64,000 bases of DNA from the human T2T-CHM13v2.0 reference genome, Homo sapiens, in the NCBI RefSeq assembly GCF_009914755.1, contig NC_060930.1; one strand, given 5' to 3'. Both the position numbers and the translations under genes were made by a program. Position 1 is the first letter of the stretch. Each line of letters starts with the position of its first letter. This document shows positions 27,274 to 40,679 of the stretch, in pieces. The notes under the pieces were generated by a model, which ran no database searches, was not told where the DNA came from, and worked only from the letters and a program-made list of their open reading frames with translations.

Positions 27274-27721
27274 TGTCACTCAATGGAATGTTCTACCCCC
27301 TTCGTATTTTATGCAGACAATATGGCTAAAAACTCATTTCCAGATGCCCTTGTGATTAGTTGTCTGGATGAGATTAGCTCCTACCATTGAGATGTACTCA
27401 TTCAAGTTTGGAAAATAGAAAGGGTAGGAGTTATTCTTCATTATTTTATTGGAGCAGGCAAATAAGCAGGACACAGCAGCTATTCTATCTGCTGGGCCCA
27501 GCTTCTTTGAAAATAAATGTAGGTGAGAGGCTGCTGTGAGGTTGGTAGTGGTGGTAACTATTACAGCAGAACTTTCCTGATCACTGGATGGCAGTAGCAT
27601 TTTTTGACCGCTGACTTATCCTCTAACACAATTTTGCAAGCACCTTAATTCTGGTATTGAATTATTTTCTGCTTGAAAACATTGAGTGATTTCTTTTCTC
27701 TGCCATGAATCCTGATGAACA
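27274..27721 (+). mobile_element. LTR33-type ERVL LTR
   Basis: gctaaaaactcatttccagatgcccttg...ttgcaagcaccttaattc...ttctgcttgaaa...tgaatcctgatgaaca. Confidence 0.7.
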
Positions 27722-28179
27722 AGATCCAAAGTCAGGAATCAGGAAAATAGATGCTGAGGTCCTATAGCAATGCTAAATAAGAGTGGCCTCAGACAGAGAA
27801 TTTATATGCGCGACTTAATCGGAAAGTAGCCAATCCCCATGAAATACATGAGAATCCTCAGGACACAGTGAGGAGTGTGAGGGCAGCTGCTAGTACAGGA
27901 TCTGGGGAAAGGCTGACTTTGTCATAGGTCTGGATCTCAAGAGCTACCTAAAGGAAGTAGACTGAGGTGGAACAGAACAATAGCCTAGTAGAAGAAAAGA
28001 ACAGCAAGTCCGTAACTCATTTTCTCCACATGGCTCTTGTAACTTGCTTGTATAATTTGCAAAATATTAGAAACTTTGGTGTTGACCAAGATTTTTGATT
28101 CATATCTCTGCTTTGGCAATTCAACATGTATGGCAAAAATTTGTAGCAGTGTCTAGATTATCTTTCAAACCCAGGACAT

Positions 28180-30710
28180 ATTTATGAAAATAGAAGGGAA
28201 AGAAACATTTCATGAGAATTTGGGGTCAAGATGGCTCCCAACAAATCCTTGATAAGAAGTGCCAAGAGCCTTGTAGAAGATTCTTGGGACAAGTCTTACC
28301 AACTGGCATTGGTGGAAATAGCCCTAGGGAAATTAGCTAAGTGGATTAGAGAGAGAACTCTAAGCTACTACTGGCATCACTGATGAAAATGAAATCTCTA
28401 AAGGGTTAACTAGAAATGTGGAACAGAAAGAAATTAAACCATTTTTTCCCTAGTTACCCGAAAAGCATTTTCATGTTACTATGGCTACCTGGTTAGATAT
28501 TATATTCATCTACAAAGTAATTTGCTTATTATCATTGATCACCAAAAAAGACTACAGTGGGAGTCAAGGGCCATGGCCAGATGTCAGGGACATCCACAGG
28601 GTAGGCTGTCTATTAAATAAAGAGCTAGGCTACTTCATGGAGAAGTTCTGCAGAAGACTAATGAAACTTGGTTACGTAGATCCCCAGAATAAATGACTAG
28701 GGGACCGCACCAATAATTCTAGATTCTGCTGAATAGAAGAAATTACTTGGGTTTACCACAGATAAGCAATGGTCTGCACACATTTGTGACCAGCCCCATC
28801 ATGATGGTTTGACAACTAACTTGATGCAGTGGGTAAAGTTGGGAAGACTTACTTTGAGAATATAACACCATATAGACCCACTCCTTCCCTGACTAAGACA
28901 TAGAACACTCCTTCCAAAGCACAGGAATATGTGAGTACAGGTGTTCTTAGGTTGGTTGCATGATGATCAAAAGTGGAAACCTAATTTAATGCTGGTAACT
29001 GATTATAATACTAGCTGTGAAAGAAAATTCTCCAGTCCCAGATATCTTATATAGGCATGTTCTTGGAGGCCAGGAAATTATTCAGATGACAGAATATGAT
29101 TTATTAGACCTGATTTCACTAAAGGAACTTAGTGATGGGAAGACTTGTCCTACCCAAAGTAAAGGTGATACTAAGCATGGGGTGAAAGAGGAAAAAGAGA
29201 ACAAAAATCAGCTTAACTGGGTGGGCTTTTTAGAAGGCTGTTGAAGAACGGAAAGAAAAAGCGGGAAATTGAAAGGATTCTTACTAGAGGATTCATAACA
29301 CATTATCAACCCTTGGGAGCTAAGAAAGCATCTTCAAATCTATCCTTGACTCTTATGCCTCAAAAGAGCCCTACCAGATTTACTTTATATATCCTGGCTT
29401 GGAAAAATTTAGATCTGCTTATTCCATTCAGAATAGGAATGCTAGATATGCCTTATCAAATAAGATATATCAAAGTCTGCCGTTTACCAGGTTTAAATTG
29501 GGCATTGGTCCAATTTAACCGATGGAGAAACTTGGTATTGCTTGAGCCCTCCTTGGTAATAAATATCAAGCACTATAGAACTCTAGGAGGGCAGCAAGAA
29601 ATTACTACTTTAAATATGGAAATTACTGAAACTAGAGTATGAATTTCCTTTAACTCCTTTTTAAACAGTCCCATCTGACCTACAAACAAGGCAGTCTTGG
29701 GACCAACATGGGGTCTGACAGTAGGCTAGCTAGCAGAGATTAAATTAAGAAATCCCCCTTGGATGAAACCCTGAGAAGAAAAATACGTTAAAAAATTTAC
29801 AAATGCTTGTGTCCCAGGCATTATTCCTCAAATCTTTTACATCAATGCTCAGTTGATTTTTAAAGTGTCTGCAAATACATCACATGACATTTGGAACACA
29901 TGGCAGAAACTGAATACTGGTCTTCATTGGAAATTGCTGGAGTTTTGGATTCAAAAGCAACCTGATCGAGGTTCTTCATATAGTCCTTATGAAGGAGCAT
30001 AGCTAGCTGGGTTTTGTTAGGACTGCTCCCACTGTAGAAGGACATCAGACAATCCTGAGGTTAAAATGACCTATCAAGTCTTGAATAACATCAGAGAAAC
30101 AGTATAGAAACAGAGAGGCCAGGTATGGTAATTCACACCTGTAATCTCAACAGTTTGGGAGGCCAAGGCTAGAGGATTGCTTGAAGTCAGGAGTTCAAGA
30201 CCAGCCTGGGCAATATAGTGAGACCTCCATCTTTACAAAAATAAAAATAAATTAGCCCAGCCTGGTGGCACACATCTGTAGTCCCAGCTACTTGGGAGGC
30301 AGAGTTTGATGCAGCAGCAAGCTGTGATTGCATTGCATCCTGGGTGACAGAGCAAGACCCCATCGTTAAACAAATTTTAAAAATTAGAAAAAAAAGAAAC
30401 AAAGAGAAGAACAGAGCCCATTGTTAAAATACAAATGGTACATTTAAGAACTTGCAACAGGGCTGATGTGAATAAACATGTTGCTTCATTGCCGATGATA
30501 GAAGTCACTGAGGTTTTAGCTATTCCCATCACTCTGCAGTCTGAATTCTGATTCTATCCCAACCAAGGTAAAAAAAGGCTGCTTAGTTCACTGAAGAGGT
30601 CCCTGAGGACAAAGGTCTAAACAAACCTTGCAAGTGGACCATATCAGACCCTTATGGGTAACCCCAGGGGTGTATAAGTTTATGTTAAAGGAGATTGACT
30701 CCTGTGCTGG
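28180..30710 (+). mobile_element. Decayed class III (ERV-L-like) provirus A: gag-pol
   Basis: Gag-like KELGYFMEKF..IILDSAE and LLKNGKKKREIERI; RT-like NIKHYRTLGGQQEI...NSPI*P; tether/RH-like EGHQTILR and LKYKWYI; integrase-like QVDHIRPLWVTPGVYKFMLKEIDSCAG (~30632-30712). Confidence 0.8.
30117..30395 (+). mobile_element. AluJ with right-arm deletions, nested in provirus A pol
   Basis: Alu sequence; approximate TSD gaaacagaga/gaaacaaaga. Confidence 0.9.
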
Positions 30711-31077
30711 ATGTGCCACACATCTACTGAAGTGTTATCTGCAGGAATTGCCTCAGCTATAAAGAGCTGCCTCAGTAATAGCGTCACACTTCCCAGGGAG
30801 GCCCACAAGCAATGAGTGATCAAGGCTGGCATATGAATGTCTGGTCATTTTGGCCCAATTTGGTAAATTCTGACAGTCCAGTTTAGTTGCACAGGTCACT
30901 GTGAGGTTGGCCAAATGTATTCTTGTCTTGTATCACAGCTTGACTTCTCATTATGACCAATTCTGCTTCCTTCCTCTTCTTTCCATAGATATTGATCCCA
31001 AGGACATTCCCTAATAAATGCAATAAGTGGTAAAATCCATCCAGAATCTGCTTATCAGAGAATGCTACCTATGATCA
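30710..31077 (+). mobile_element. LTR16A-like 5' LTR of provirus B
   Basis: gcctcagctataaagagctgcctc...ttgatcccaaggacattccctaataaa...agaatctgctt. Confidence 0.75.
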
Positions 31078-32167
31078 TATCAGAAGAGGAGCTTTGCAGG
31101 AGCATCAATCATCTGTGATAACCTAGTTAGTAATTAGGCCCTAATCACTAATTGTAGGTGGAGAACAAATTAGTAGACTGATGGCAATCTAATCGATAAG
31201 TCTTTTGTCAATAGTGAATTGGAATTGTATACTTGAGTAAAGAAATTCATAGTTGACATTTATCAGGTATTGACACATGTGAGGGAAATTGTAACTAAAG
31301 GATTTGTATGGATAGTGCCCACTCTATTGACATTTTCAGAAAACATCATGAAAAAACTTAGAGTGATTAACATGTAATTGAAAGCCAAATGTGAAAGCCA
31401 GAGAGCCTTCCTGGTAGCGTACGAACAAGGAAGATAAAATAGAAAACTGAGGACCAGACCCACTAATCTCCAGACTGTCTGAGCCTGCAGAAGTTGCCAA
31501 CTCCTCCATCTTCACAACAAGCACTTCCTTCTTGTGCAGCCCCCTCTCCTTTTGATATCACCGCTTATCTCCCCTGCTAAACACTAGGCTTATAATAAAA
31601 GCTTACGTCACAGCAGAACCCAGGTGAAAGACCTACCTAACCTGTACCAGCAAGAACCCAAGAGAATATAAATGGAGCAGATTCTGAGAATTACTGATCA
31701 AAGGAGAGGGAAAACAAGATTGAGTAAGGAGAGTTTTTTGATTTGGGCGCAACCTCCTGAAGTATCAGAATTCAACATCCTAGCAAGAACACCCATAAGA
31801 TATGGTGAGAAGTCCCTAGCAGGAAGGTTCCTAGAGTTATGGAAAAAGAGATAGCCCTTGCTAAATGAGGTTGAGATGTCAGAAGTGCAGAGGCAATGAC
31901 GTAGGAAAGGATTAAAGGGCACAGAGAAATGGTCCTGCTGGAGTTGGTCGTCTATCTTAGGCTGGAAGAATCACCAAATAATTATGTTCCACTGCAAGGT
32001 CCAGAGTATATGCCATTTACTAAAATTTTAACAATATCCAGACTAGAGGAGGACCAGCATCACTAAGTTCAGTGTGGGCTCTCTTTCCTAGGTCAGGGCT
32101 GTCAATGGGAGAAGCAAACCTCTATAGAACTAGTATCTCTAATAATAAAGGCAATGGTAGGATACTA

Positions 32168-32264
32168 ACTAACATGGCACATGTATACACATGCAACAAA
32201 CCTGCACGTTGTGCACATATACCCTAAAACTTAAAGTATTAAAAAATAAAATAAAAAAATAAAA
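32168..32264 (+). mobile_element. Severely 5'-truncated L1PA 3' end
   Basis: catggcacatgtatacacatgcaacaaacctgcacgttgtgcacatataccctaaaacttaaagta followed by an A-tail. Confidence 0.9.
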
Positions 32265-33632
32265 CAGTAGAGGAAATGTGGATCCAATTTTCCCAGTAAA
32301 GCAAGGTAGGAAAAGCAGGCGAGATCTGACCTGCAAATAGTTGTGCAGAAAATTAATAAACACAATGTTTTTAGGGACAAACTAGAAACACGGGCAACCA
32401 AAAACTATTTAATTTGTATCATCAGAATAAACCAGGAATGAATGATCAGAAAGCTGAGGGCGCCCAATAACATGTCATGATCCCTTGAACAAGCTGTTAG
32501 ATCTGAAAGCCATTAATTGAAAAGGAGTCTGAGTCCCAAATAGATCACTGTGCCGACAGACTCACTCATTTAGTTATTTTCCAAGTCTCTAATATATAAT
32601 TTGGATAGATATATTTGGCTGTGAGCTGAAACTTCACATTAGGTCCTTGTCCCGAGGGGTATGGGTTATCAGATGGAGAAGGCTAAGCAGATAACACTGA
32701 AACATCTTTATACGAATAAGCCAAGAGAATGACAAAAACAATATTGCATCCTGAGTGGATAGTGGAAAATAGTACCACCTTTAAGGATCTAAAACAAGAG
32801 TTGGCAAACTATGACCCATATGCTAAATCCATCTCACCATCTGTTTTTTGTAAGTAAAGTTTTACTGGAGTCCATCTGTTTACGTGTTATATGTTATAGC
32901 TGCTTTCACATGACAACAGCAGAGATGAATTGTTGCAATAGAGATAATATAACCTGAAATGCTTAAACTATTTGTTATATGTGTCTTTTCAAAAAAAGTT
33001 TACCAAACCCTGTTCTAAAGGGTACAAGGGCAGTAATCTTCATCATATCTCAATTTAATTCACCAGCCTGGCTCCTGAAATCAGACAGATGCAGCGGAGT
33101 CACAGTAGACTACCACGAACTCACAGGTATAGTAGTGCCGATTTCAGCCACCTTGAGAGATAGAGTGCTCTTACCGGAGCAAAGTAATATGGTCTCCAGT
33201 ATGTGACATGCAACCCTGGATTTGGCAGATGCATTCTTCCCTTTACCTGTTATAAAAGAGGATCATACATAATTCACATGAACATGGAATAAATAAAATT
33301 ATATGTTTATAGTTGCCCCATAGCTATGTAAACTCTCCTAGCTTCTGTTGAAAGACAGCATAAAGAGATCTGGATCATCAGAACATTTCGGAAACCATCA
33401 CATCCATGATGTACATAAATAACATCATGCTAATTGGGCCAGAGGAGCATATGAGAGGCCTTGGTAGGACAGTCATGCTTCAGAGGGAGTGAGATAAATC
33501 CCATAAAGATTCAGGGGTCCACCATATGAATAAAACTTTCCAAGGACTGGTGTTTAGAAACAAGCAGGTATATCTCATCCAAGGTAACAGTTAAGTTATT
33601 TAATCTTGTCTTACTCGCAATGAAGAAGATAG

Positions 33633-33912
<280 letters not shown>

Positions 33913-34174
33913 ATAGCTCTGTCTCATATCCCAGTGATACAAAAAGATGTTGGCTTTCAATTTACCCTAGAGCAGGAAAGGTCCCTGCAGTAAGTCCAGG
34001 CTGCAGAACAAGCAGCCCTGCCCTTGGGCAATACATCCAGAAGACCCTAAGGTATTAGAATATATTAATGGGAAAGGTACAACATGAGGAATTTATATTA
34101 AATCTCAGTGGGAGAATCCAAATTCAGACCACTGGAGTTCCCAAGAAGGACTTGACATCTTCAGAGGGAGATTA

Positions 34175-34822
34175 CATTGGGGCTCAGAAAGCAATACCCC
34201 AAAATGAAGGCCTCAGTAGCCACCTCAGAAACAAGAGTATTTCCCTGACCTTCTCCTGTTCCCCTCTCTCTCAGTCCCATTCTCCCTGAGGCTAGCGATA
34301 GAAACTAGAATCCCTCTTCCAGAAGGTGGGTCATAGAAACAAGAACCTCTTTTACCCCAAAGCCAGTCATAAAACCTAAAAATATTACTCTACCTTTCCC
34401 TCTGTCCTATCTATGTAAAACTTGGCCATAAAAAGATGATCTGACCTATCTTTTTTGACTGTGGGTCATAAGACCCCCATTCCAGAGAAGTCCTGCCCCA
34501 CACCCGGAAGGAAGGAATGCATGCTCACAGAGGTCAAGAAGATTCTAGACTGACAAGCCTCACTGGGCTTCCCTCACTCAATCTGTTAGCATTAGAGCAT
34601 ATCTTTTTGTCCAATCATATTTCTACATGGCTGTCTATACTTTGTTGAAGCTAAGCATTAAAATGGGCCATTTCCCCTGTGTCTTTGTGTCTTCATTCTG
34701 AAGATATCATTCTGTGTATAGACATTAAATTAATTTGTATACCTTTCCTCCTATTAATCAATCTGCCTCATATGAGTAATTCTCAGCAAAGCTTGAAGGA
34801 GCCAAAGTCTTTGGCCCCTATC
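34175..34822 (+). mobile_element. MER39-like ERV1 solo LTR inserted in provirus B pol
   Basis: ttggggctcagaaagcaataccccaaaatgaaggcctcag...ttggccccta; the host pol sequence resumes after it. Confidence 0.75.
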
Positions 34823-35184
34823 TGATATACCTTTTGAGAAATGACTCCTTTTGTTCAACAGTGCCGTGAAGAGGCCTTGGCATAGCAGATGTTACAGTCT
34901 GATTTTTGAGTAAGTGGTACTGTTGAATCAAATTATCCCACCAGGGAAGAAGGTTTAGGATAAAATGGGTAATAACGGGAAGCAATAAAGATTATGGCAA
35001 GTAGAAAGGAGGCACAAATGAATCAAAACTCCAGGAAAGGAAGTGATAATATTATTCCCACAAGAGCATCTTGGAACAAGAGAATAATACTCTCAGCCAT
35101 TTCTGTCAGATTATATTTTGATGAATGGCCAATGCTGGGAGAAATCACCTGATCTGTTTTCTGCAGAGAAGAAAAATAAAATTC

Positions 35185-35940
35185 ATGCTTATTTACTAGC
35201 TCTTGTTTGGACTCCACCTGAATAATTTCGAAAAAGATGTAATACAGTGCCCCCTGGTGACTCAACTGACCAATAGCCAATTAGAACTGCTAATTAATTG
35301 TAGCTACCATTTTACTATTTATGGACTGTATTTACTACTTGGTTCTTTTTCAGATAACCAGAGAACTAAATTGCCTGTGAATTACACAAAGCATGGGTTC
35401 ATGAACAGTTTAGCATCTGCGCACCGTGTGTCAGTTAATCAAGATGGCAGCACACTGCTAAAGGAGTTGCCTGGGAATTATAAGAAGCACATTGCTCTTG
35501 GCTGCCTCGTGTGCCAGAGCTAGCTTTTCCCTTCTGACCATATCAAATGTGAATGTAGACTGAATAACTTTCGGGAAAGTAGAAATAGAACCAAGAGAGC
35601 CCTGAGGAGAATGAGAAATAGGAATAACATAGTTATATACCATAGAACAACATGCCCATTTGAAGTTTTATGAAACACCCAATATTTTGGGCGTTTATTA
35701 TGTACCTAAATTGTGCCCATGCTACAAATGCCTGAGAGTAACAACATATATGGTGGCCCAATCAGCATGCATCCCCATCTAGCCAGACATGACATGGGAA
35801 TATTAGAAAGTGGTCACTGATAACCGGGTCCGGCAAAAATATCCTTTCTGAAGGCTCATTATTGTGATAAAAAGAGCTGCTAATACAAATTCATACTGCA
35901 TTACAAGGAGGCCAATAGTAAATGTGGAAAGAAAATGAAG
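35185..35940 (+). pseudogene. Decayed retroviral env-like remnant
   Basis: Acceptor-like tctgttttctgcag (ends 35166); ATG at 35185; GLYLLLG and LPGNYKKHIALGCLV SU-like motifs; RTKR furin site at 35587-35598; KVVTDNRV..Y and AANTNSYC TM/ISD-like motifs from 35807. Confidence 0.55.
35245..35281. promoter_or_regulatory. CTCF-like motif overlapping an AP-1 site, followed by two CCAAT boxes
   Basis: cagtgccccctggtgac (35245-35261); TGACTCA 35258-35264; CCAAT 35270-35274 and 35277-35281. Confidence 0.45.
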
Positions 35941-36029
35941 TGATTTGTGAGTGGGATAGAAGTATAATCAAGCTAACAGAACACCATACCCGTTATCAGT
36001 ACTAAGTGAGGACTTATCATCTCTCCCAG

Positions 36030-36530
36030 TGTTTCAGTTATCTATTACTGCATAATAAACCACCCCAAAACACAGGCACTTCAACATCAATGCTTATCTC
36101 CAGTGGTTCTGAGGGCTGACTGGGCTCAGCTATGAAGTTCTAATGTGGGTCTCGTAGGTGGTTATAATCAACTGGTGGCTGAGGCTGGTGTCTTTTGAAG
36201 ACTAGATGGGGCTGCATGCTTAAGAAAAAATTTTACTACCGTAGCTAGCACCTTAGCTGGGATGGATAGAATAGATAGGAGCTATCTGGGGGTCTCTCTC
36301 TGCAGGATAGCTATACGTAGCTAACTCAGGCTCTCTCATAGCATGATGGTCTCAAGATAGTCAGACATTATACATGAGGTTGACTTTCCCCAGTGTGAGC
36401 ATTTCAGGTGAAAGCTTCAAGGCTTCTTATGAAATAGCCTTAGGAATCACAGAGTTTTACATCTACCACATTCTGTTGCTCAAGAGTGAGTCACTGGCGT
36501 CAGAACTGAACAAATGAAAGACTCTATACT
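36030..36530 (-). mobile_element. Old MLT1 (MLT1H-like MaLR) LTR
   Basis: tgtttcagttatctattactgcataataaaccaccccaaaac...gggctgactgggctcagct. Confidence 0.8.
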
Positions 36531-37094
36531 GTGTTGTCTCCGGACAACCTGAAAGTCTTACTCCAAACAGCTGCATATTATGTCAAACATTATGTTAATC
36601 CCTCTGATGCAGTCAAGTGGTTTTTGTTTTTACTAATAGAATTAACTGAAAATCAGTTGGTAATCCCCAGGACACAAAATACTGATTTGAAGCCTGCCAC
36701 TGATAGAATACCTCTGAAAAATGACTTGGTGAAAAGGAAATAAATGTGTAAAAAATTATACACACACTTTAATAGGTACATATAAAGAAGTTCAAATCAC
36801 TTTTGATGACTGAAAACTAGGAAGAGAGTATCAACGGGGGATATGGTCATAATTAACATATATTATAAAGATAATTTCAACTCTCTATTGATGATTCACA
36901 TTCTGGTAATTATTGGGATAGTCATAGATTTATATATTTGTGTTAAAAACTGCAGAAATTTTTGTAAGACTTTAAAAAGAGATTCCTGAGAAACATGAAG
37001 CAAGGAGAAACGGATGCAGGTCAGAGGATGGCCTGGGAAGGACAGATTTCACAGGAGGTCTGAAACTATCTCCTCAGAGGTATTCAAACCATCA

Positions 37095-37282
37095 GATTCT
37101 CAACTGGGGAAGGGATAAATTCTTAGGGCAAAAAAAAATCTTACTTCTTATGTATAAAGTACAAATAGTATACAAGATAATAAAAATTGCGGCATAAAAA
37201 TTTCATGGGTTACGTTTAGAAAAAATGTATAAAAAGTTTCTGTAGATGGGTAGTAATGACAAAAAGATTGAGAAATCAGGTC
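37095..37282. mobile_element. hAT-Charlie MITE (MER113-like)
   Basis: ttctcaactgggg...aaaatttcatggg...aaaaagattgagaaa. Confidence 0.5.
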
Positions 37283-38048
37283 TTAAGTCAATTTTGCCTT
37301 GGACAGACAGCCTTGTATATGTTCTAATGGCATTTACTATCTGAAAAATAGCTAAATTTCTGATCCATGGGGCTTTTAGCATAATATTCCCATTTTGCCT
37401 AGATTGCTAATTATTACCATACCAGAAATTTATAAACTTATGGAGTTCAGTTGCCTAGAAAGTGGACGTTAGACAATAGGCCCTTTTATTTTATTTTTTT
37501 TAATTTTAGTTGTGGGAGTTCTTCATATGCCCTGGTTACAAGTCTTTTATCAGATATGTAATCTATAAACACTTATCTCAGTCTCTGGCTTTTTTGTTTC
37601 ATTCTTTTAGCAATGTCTTTCAAAATCAGAAGTCCTCAATTTTGATAGTCTAATTCGTAAATATTTTCTTGTATGGTTCATGCTTTTAATATTGTATCTA
37701 GGAAGTATTTGCCAAACCCAAAATTAGAAAGATTTTCTATTAGCTTTCTTCTGGAAGATTAATGTCATTGTGTTTTACATTTAGTTCTATGATACATTTT
37801 GAGTTAATTTTTGTACATTATGCAAGATGTGGATCAATATTCAATTTCTTGCATATGAATAGTTGTTCTAACATTATTTGTTAAAAAGCTGTCTCTTTTT
37901 CCACAGAGTTGTCTTTGTACTTCTGCCAAATATCAATTGACTATGGGTGTATAGACCTATTTCTAAGCTTTCTAGCCAGTTTGTTGACCCACCTGCCTAT
38001 CTTTAGGCAAATTTCACACTGTCTTGATACTGTAGCTTTACAGTAGGT

Positions 38049-38373
38049 TGTCCTAGCCTGTTTTGTGCTGCTGTAACAGAATATCTTATGGTTCTGGAGG
38101 CTGTGAAGTCCAAAGTCAAGGTTCTAGCAGATTTGGTCTCTGTGCTGCCTCTTCCAGGAGGAGAAATGTTGTATCCTCAAATGGCAAAAGAGCAGGAAAG
38201 GGGAATCCACTCCCACAAGACTATTTTATAAAGTGATATTCATCCTTTCTTCAAAGGAGAGCCTTCATGACCTAAACATTTCCCCCAAAGGCCCAACCAC
38301 CCAATAATAACACATTGGGGATTGAATTTCCAATATATGAGTTTTGAAAGGGAAAAAAATTCAAAACATAGCA
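38049..38373 (-). mobile_element. MST-type MaLR solo LTR
   Basis: TG...CA termini; 5-bp TSD taggt/caggt. Confidence 0.85.
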
Positions 38374-38890
38374 CAGGTCTTGAAGTCAGTTATCATAAAT
38401 CCTGTAACTCATTTTTTTTTTTCAAATTTCTTTTGGCAAGTCTAGATTCTTTGTATTTCTATCTGAATCTTAGGATCAGCTTGTCAATTTATTTCCCTGG
38501 AAAAGGCTGCTTATATTTTTGTAGGGAACACGTTGAATCTGTAAATTAAATTGAAGGAAATTAACATGTTGGTAATATTGAGCCTTCAAATCCATGAATA
38601 TAGTTTATTTATCCATTTATTTAGGTTCCCTTTAATTTTTCTCAACTTTTTGTGGTTTTCAGTGAATAGGTGTTTCAAATTTCTTTTCAAATATTTCTAA
38701 GAATTTTATGTATTTGATGATATTACAAATGGTCTTGTGTTATAAATTTTAATTATCAATTTTTATTGCTAGTTTGTAGAAATACATTTAACATTTATAT
38801 ATTGATCCTATATTGTACAATTTTGTTAAATTCATTTACTAATTCTAGTAGCATTTTAACACATTCATTAGATTTCCACATAGACAATTA

Positions 38891-39778
38891 TGATCAGGAC
38901 AGGAGGTAGAGAAATTCTAGGCAGACAGCGGTGGGTCCCTGGCAAAACCCCACCCTCAAGCCTGAAACCATGGCCCGAAATGGGAACTTATTCCCTGTTT
39001 TCCCACCCAAATATTGCTTTTTCCAAAACTACCCATGGCCCTGGCCCCACCCCGCCCCATCCTGTGGCTATGAAAACCCTATACTCAGCAGGCAGAGAGA
39101 GGAGAAGTAGCTTGACATCAGAGACTATGGCTGGATGTCGGAGAGAAGCAGCTTGATCTCAGAGGGCCAGCATGATGGTGTAACTTCGGAGAAGAACCCA
39201 GCCGGAGATGGCTGGAATTCAGGAGAAGATTACCTTCTCACCCCATCTCCTTGTCAGCTCTCCTTCTGGCTATTAGCCACTTTCATCAGAAATAAAATCC
39301 CCCACATTTACCATCCTTCAATTTGTTCATCCAACCTTATTTCTCCTGGACACCGGACAAAAGCTTGGAAGTCACAAGTGCCAATATAAAAGACAGAGGC
39401 CCACTTAACACTTAAGTTAACACTTAAGTCATCAGCAGAATGGCAGAGCTAAAAGAGCATTGTAACACTTCTTCTGTGGCTTCAGAGGTTGTGGGTCCGC
39501 ATGGAGTTTTGCTCCTGCTTGCACCCAAAAGTGCTCTCCTCAGCTCCTGCACCTGCTCACCTGCACACTCCCTCCTGCAAGTGGTGGAATGCATCAGGTG
39601 CAGGTGAGTGGAGTTTGCCCCTGCCATAGTGGCTGGCTGCTTCCAAAATTCCCACACTCCAGCTCCTGCCCCGTTCACTTGTGTACTCCCTCCCACAAGG
39701 AATTGAAAACTGCAGGCTGGGTAAACAAGTCACCCCTGTCACAAGTCCCACGAAAGGTCAGGGAAATATCCTGCTTCA
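38891..39778 (+). mobile_element. LTR1/LTR27/LTR28-group (HUERS-P) ERV1 solo LTR
   Basis: tgatcaggacaggaggtagagaaattctaggcag...gggaaatatcctgcttca; exact 4-bp TSD atta; GC box ccccgcccc upstream of a TATA-like tatgaaaa; AATAAA near 39292. Confidence 0.85.
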
Positions 39779-40679
39779 ATTATGTCGTTTGTAAATAAAG
39801 ACTTTTGTTAGATTCTTGTTCAGACTAGATGCCTTTTATCTCTCTTTCTCTTTTTTTAACTAATTGCATTGGCCATTACTTCTAGTACAATATTGAGCCA
39901 AAGTGTTGAGTGTGGAACTCCTCATCTTTCTTTCTGATTTTGAGAGTAAGCATTCCGTTTTTCACTATTATGTGTGACGTTCATTGTAAGATTTTTGTAA
40001 ATATTCCTTAACAGGTTGAGGAATTTATCTTCTACACTTAGTTTGCTGAGGGTTTTCCCCTGGAATGACTGTTTGATTTTATGGAATGAATTGTCACTAT
40101 CTATTGGGCTTTTATTTTGTTTCGTTTTAGTTTTTAAATGTAGCAAATTACACTGATATTTTTTTTATTTTAAACACTTCACATTCCTATGATAAACACA
40201 CTTGATCATAAACTTTATTTTCTGCATAGTTAAATTATATTTGCTAAAATATTGTTTAGAATATTTCTATCTATGTCCCTGAATGACAGTAATTTGAAAT
40301 TTTATTTTGTAATATTTTTGTCCAGTTTTGGTCTCAGGGAAATACTGACTTCATAGAATAAGTTGGAAAGTATTCTTTCTTCTTCAATTTTCTGGAAGAG
40401 TTTTTAGTAAAATTGGTATGTTTTCTCTCTTAAACATTTGGCCTAATTCACAAGAGAAGCCACTTATGCCTAGAGCTTTTTTTGACAGGTTTTCTAACTA
40501 AAAAATTTACTTATTTAGTAAATGTAGGACTATTTGAGTTATCCCTTTCTTCTTGAGTAAGCTTTGGTAGTTTGTGTCTTTCAAGTAATTTATTTATTTT
40601 TATTTTTATTTTTTTTTTCTGACTAATCCGAGTTAGTCAAATCCTGGAAGGAATTTCAGGAAATTCCTTCCGTAAAACT

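Larger units (their letters stand above)
37480..40600 (-). mobile_element. Old L1M ORF2 fragment interrupted by two LTRs
   Basis: Antisense L1 ORF2 text reads colinearly across both insertions. Confidence 0.85.

Noticed and set aside
29017-33206. ERV gag/pol ORF pieces as domesticated genes
   Set aside because: The pieces are short and broken by many stops, frameshifts and deletions; no intact ORF remains.
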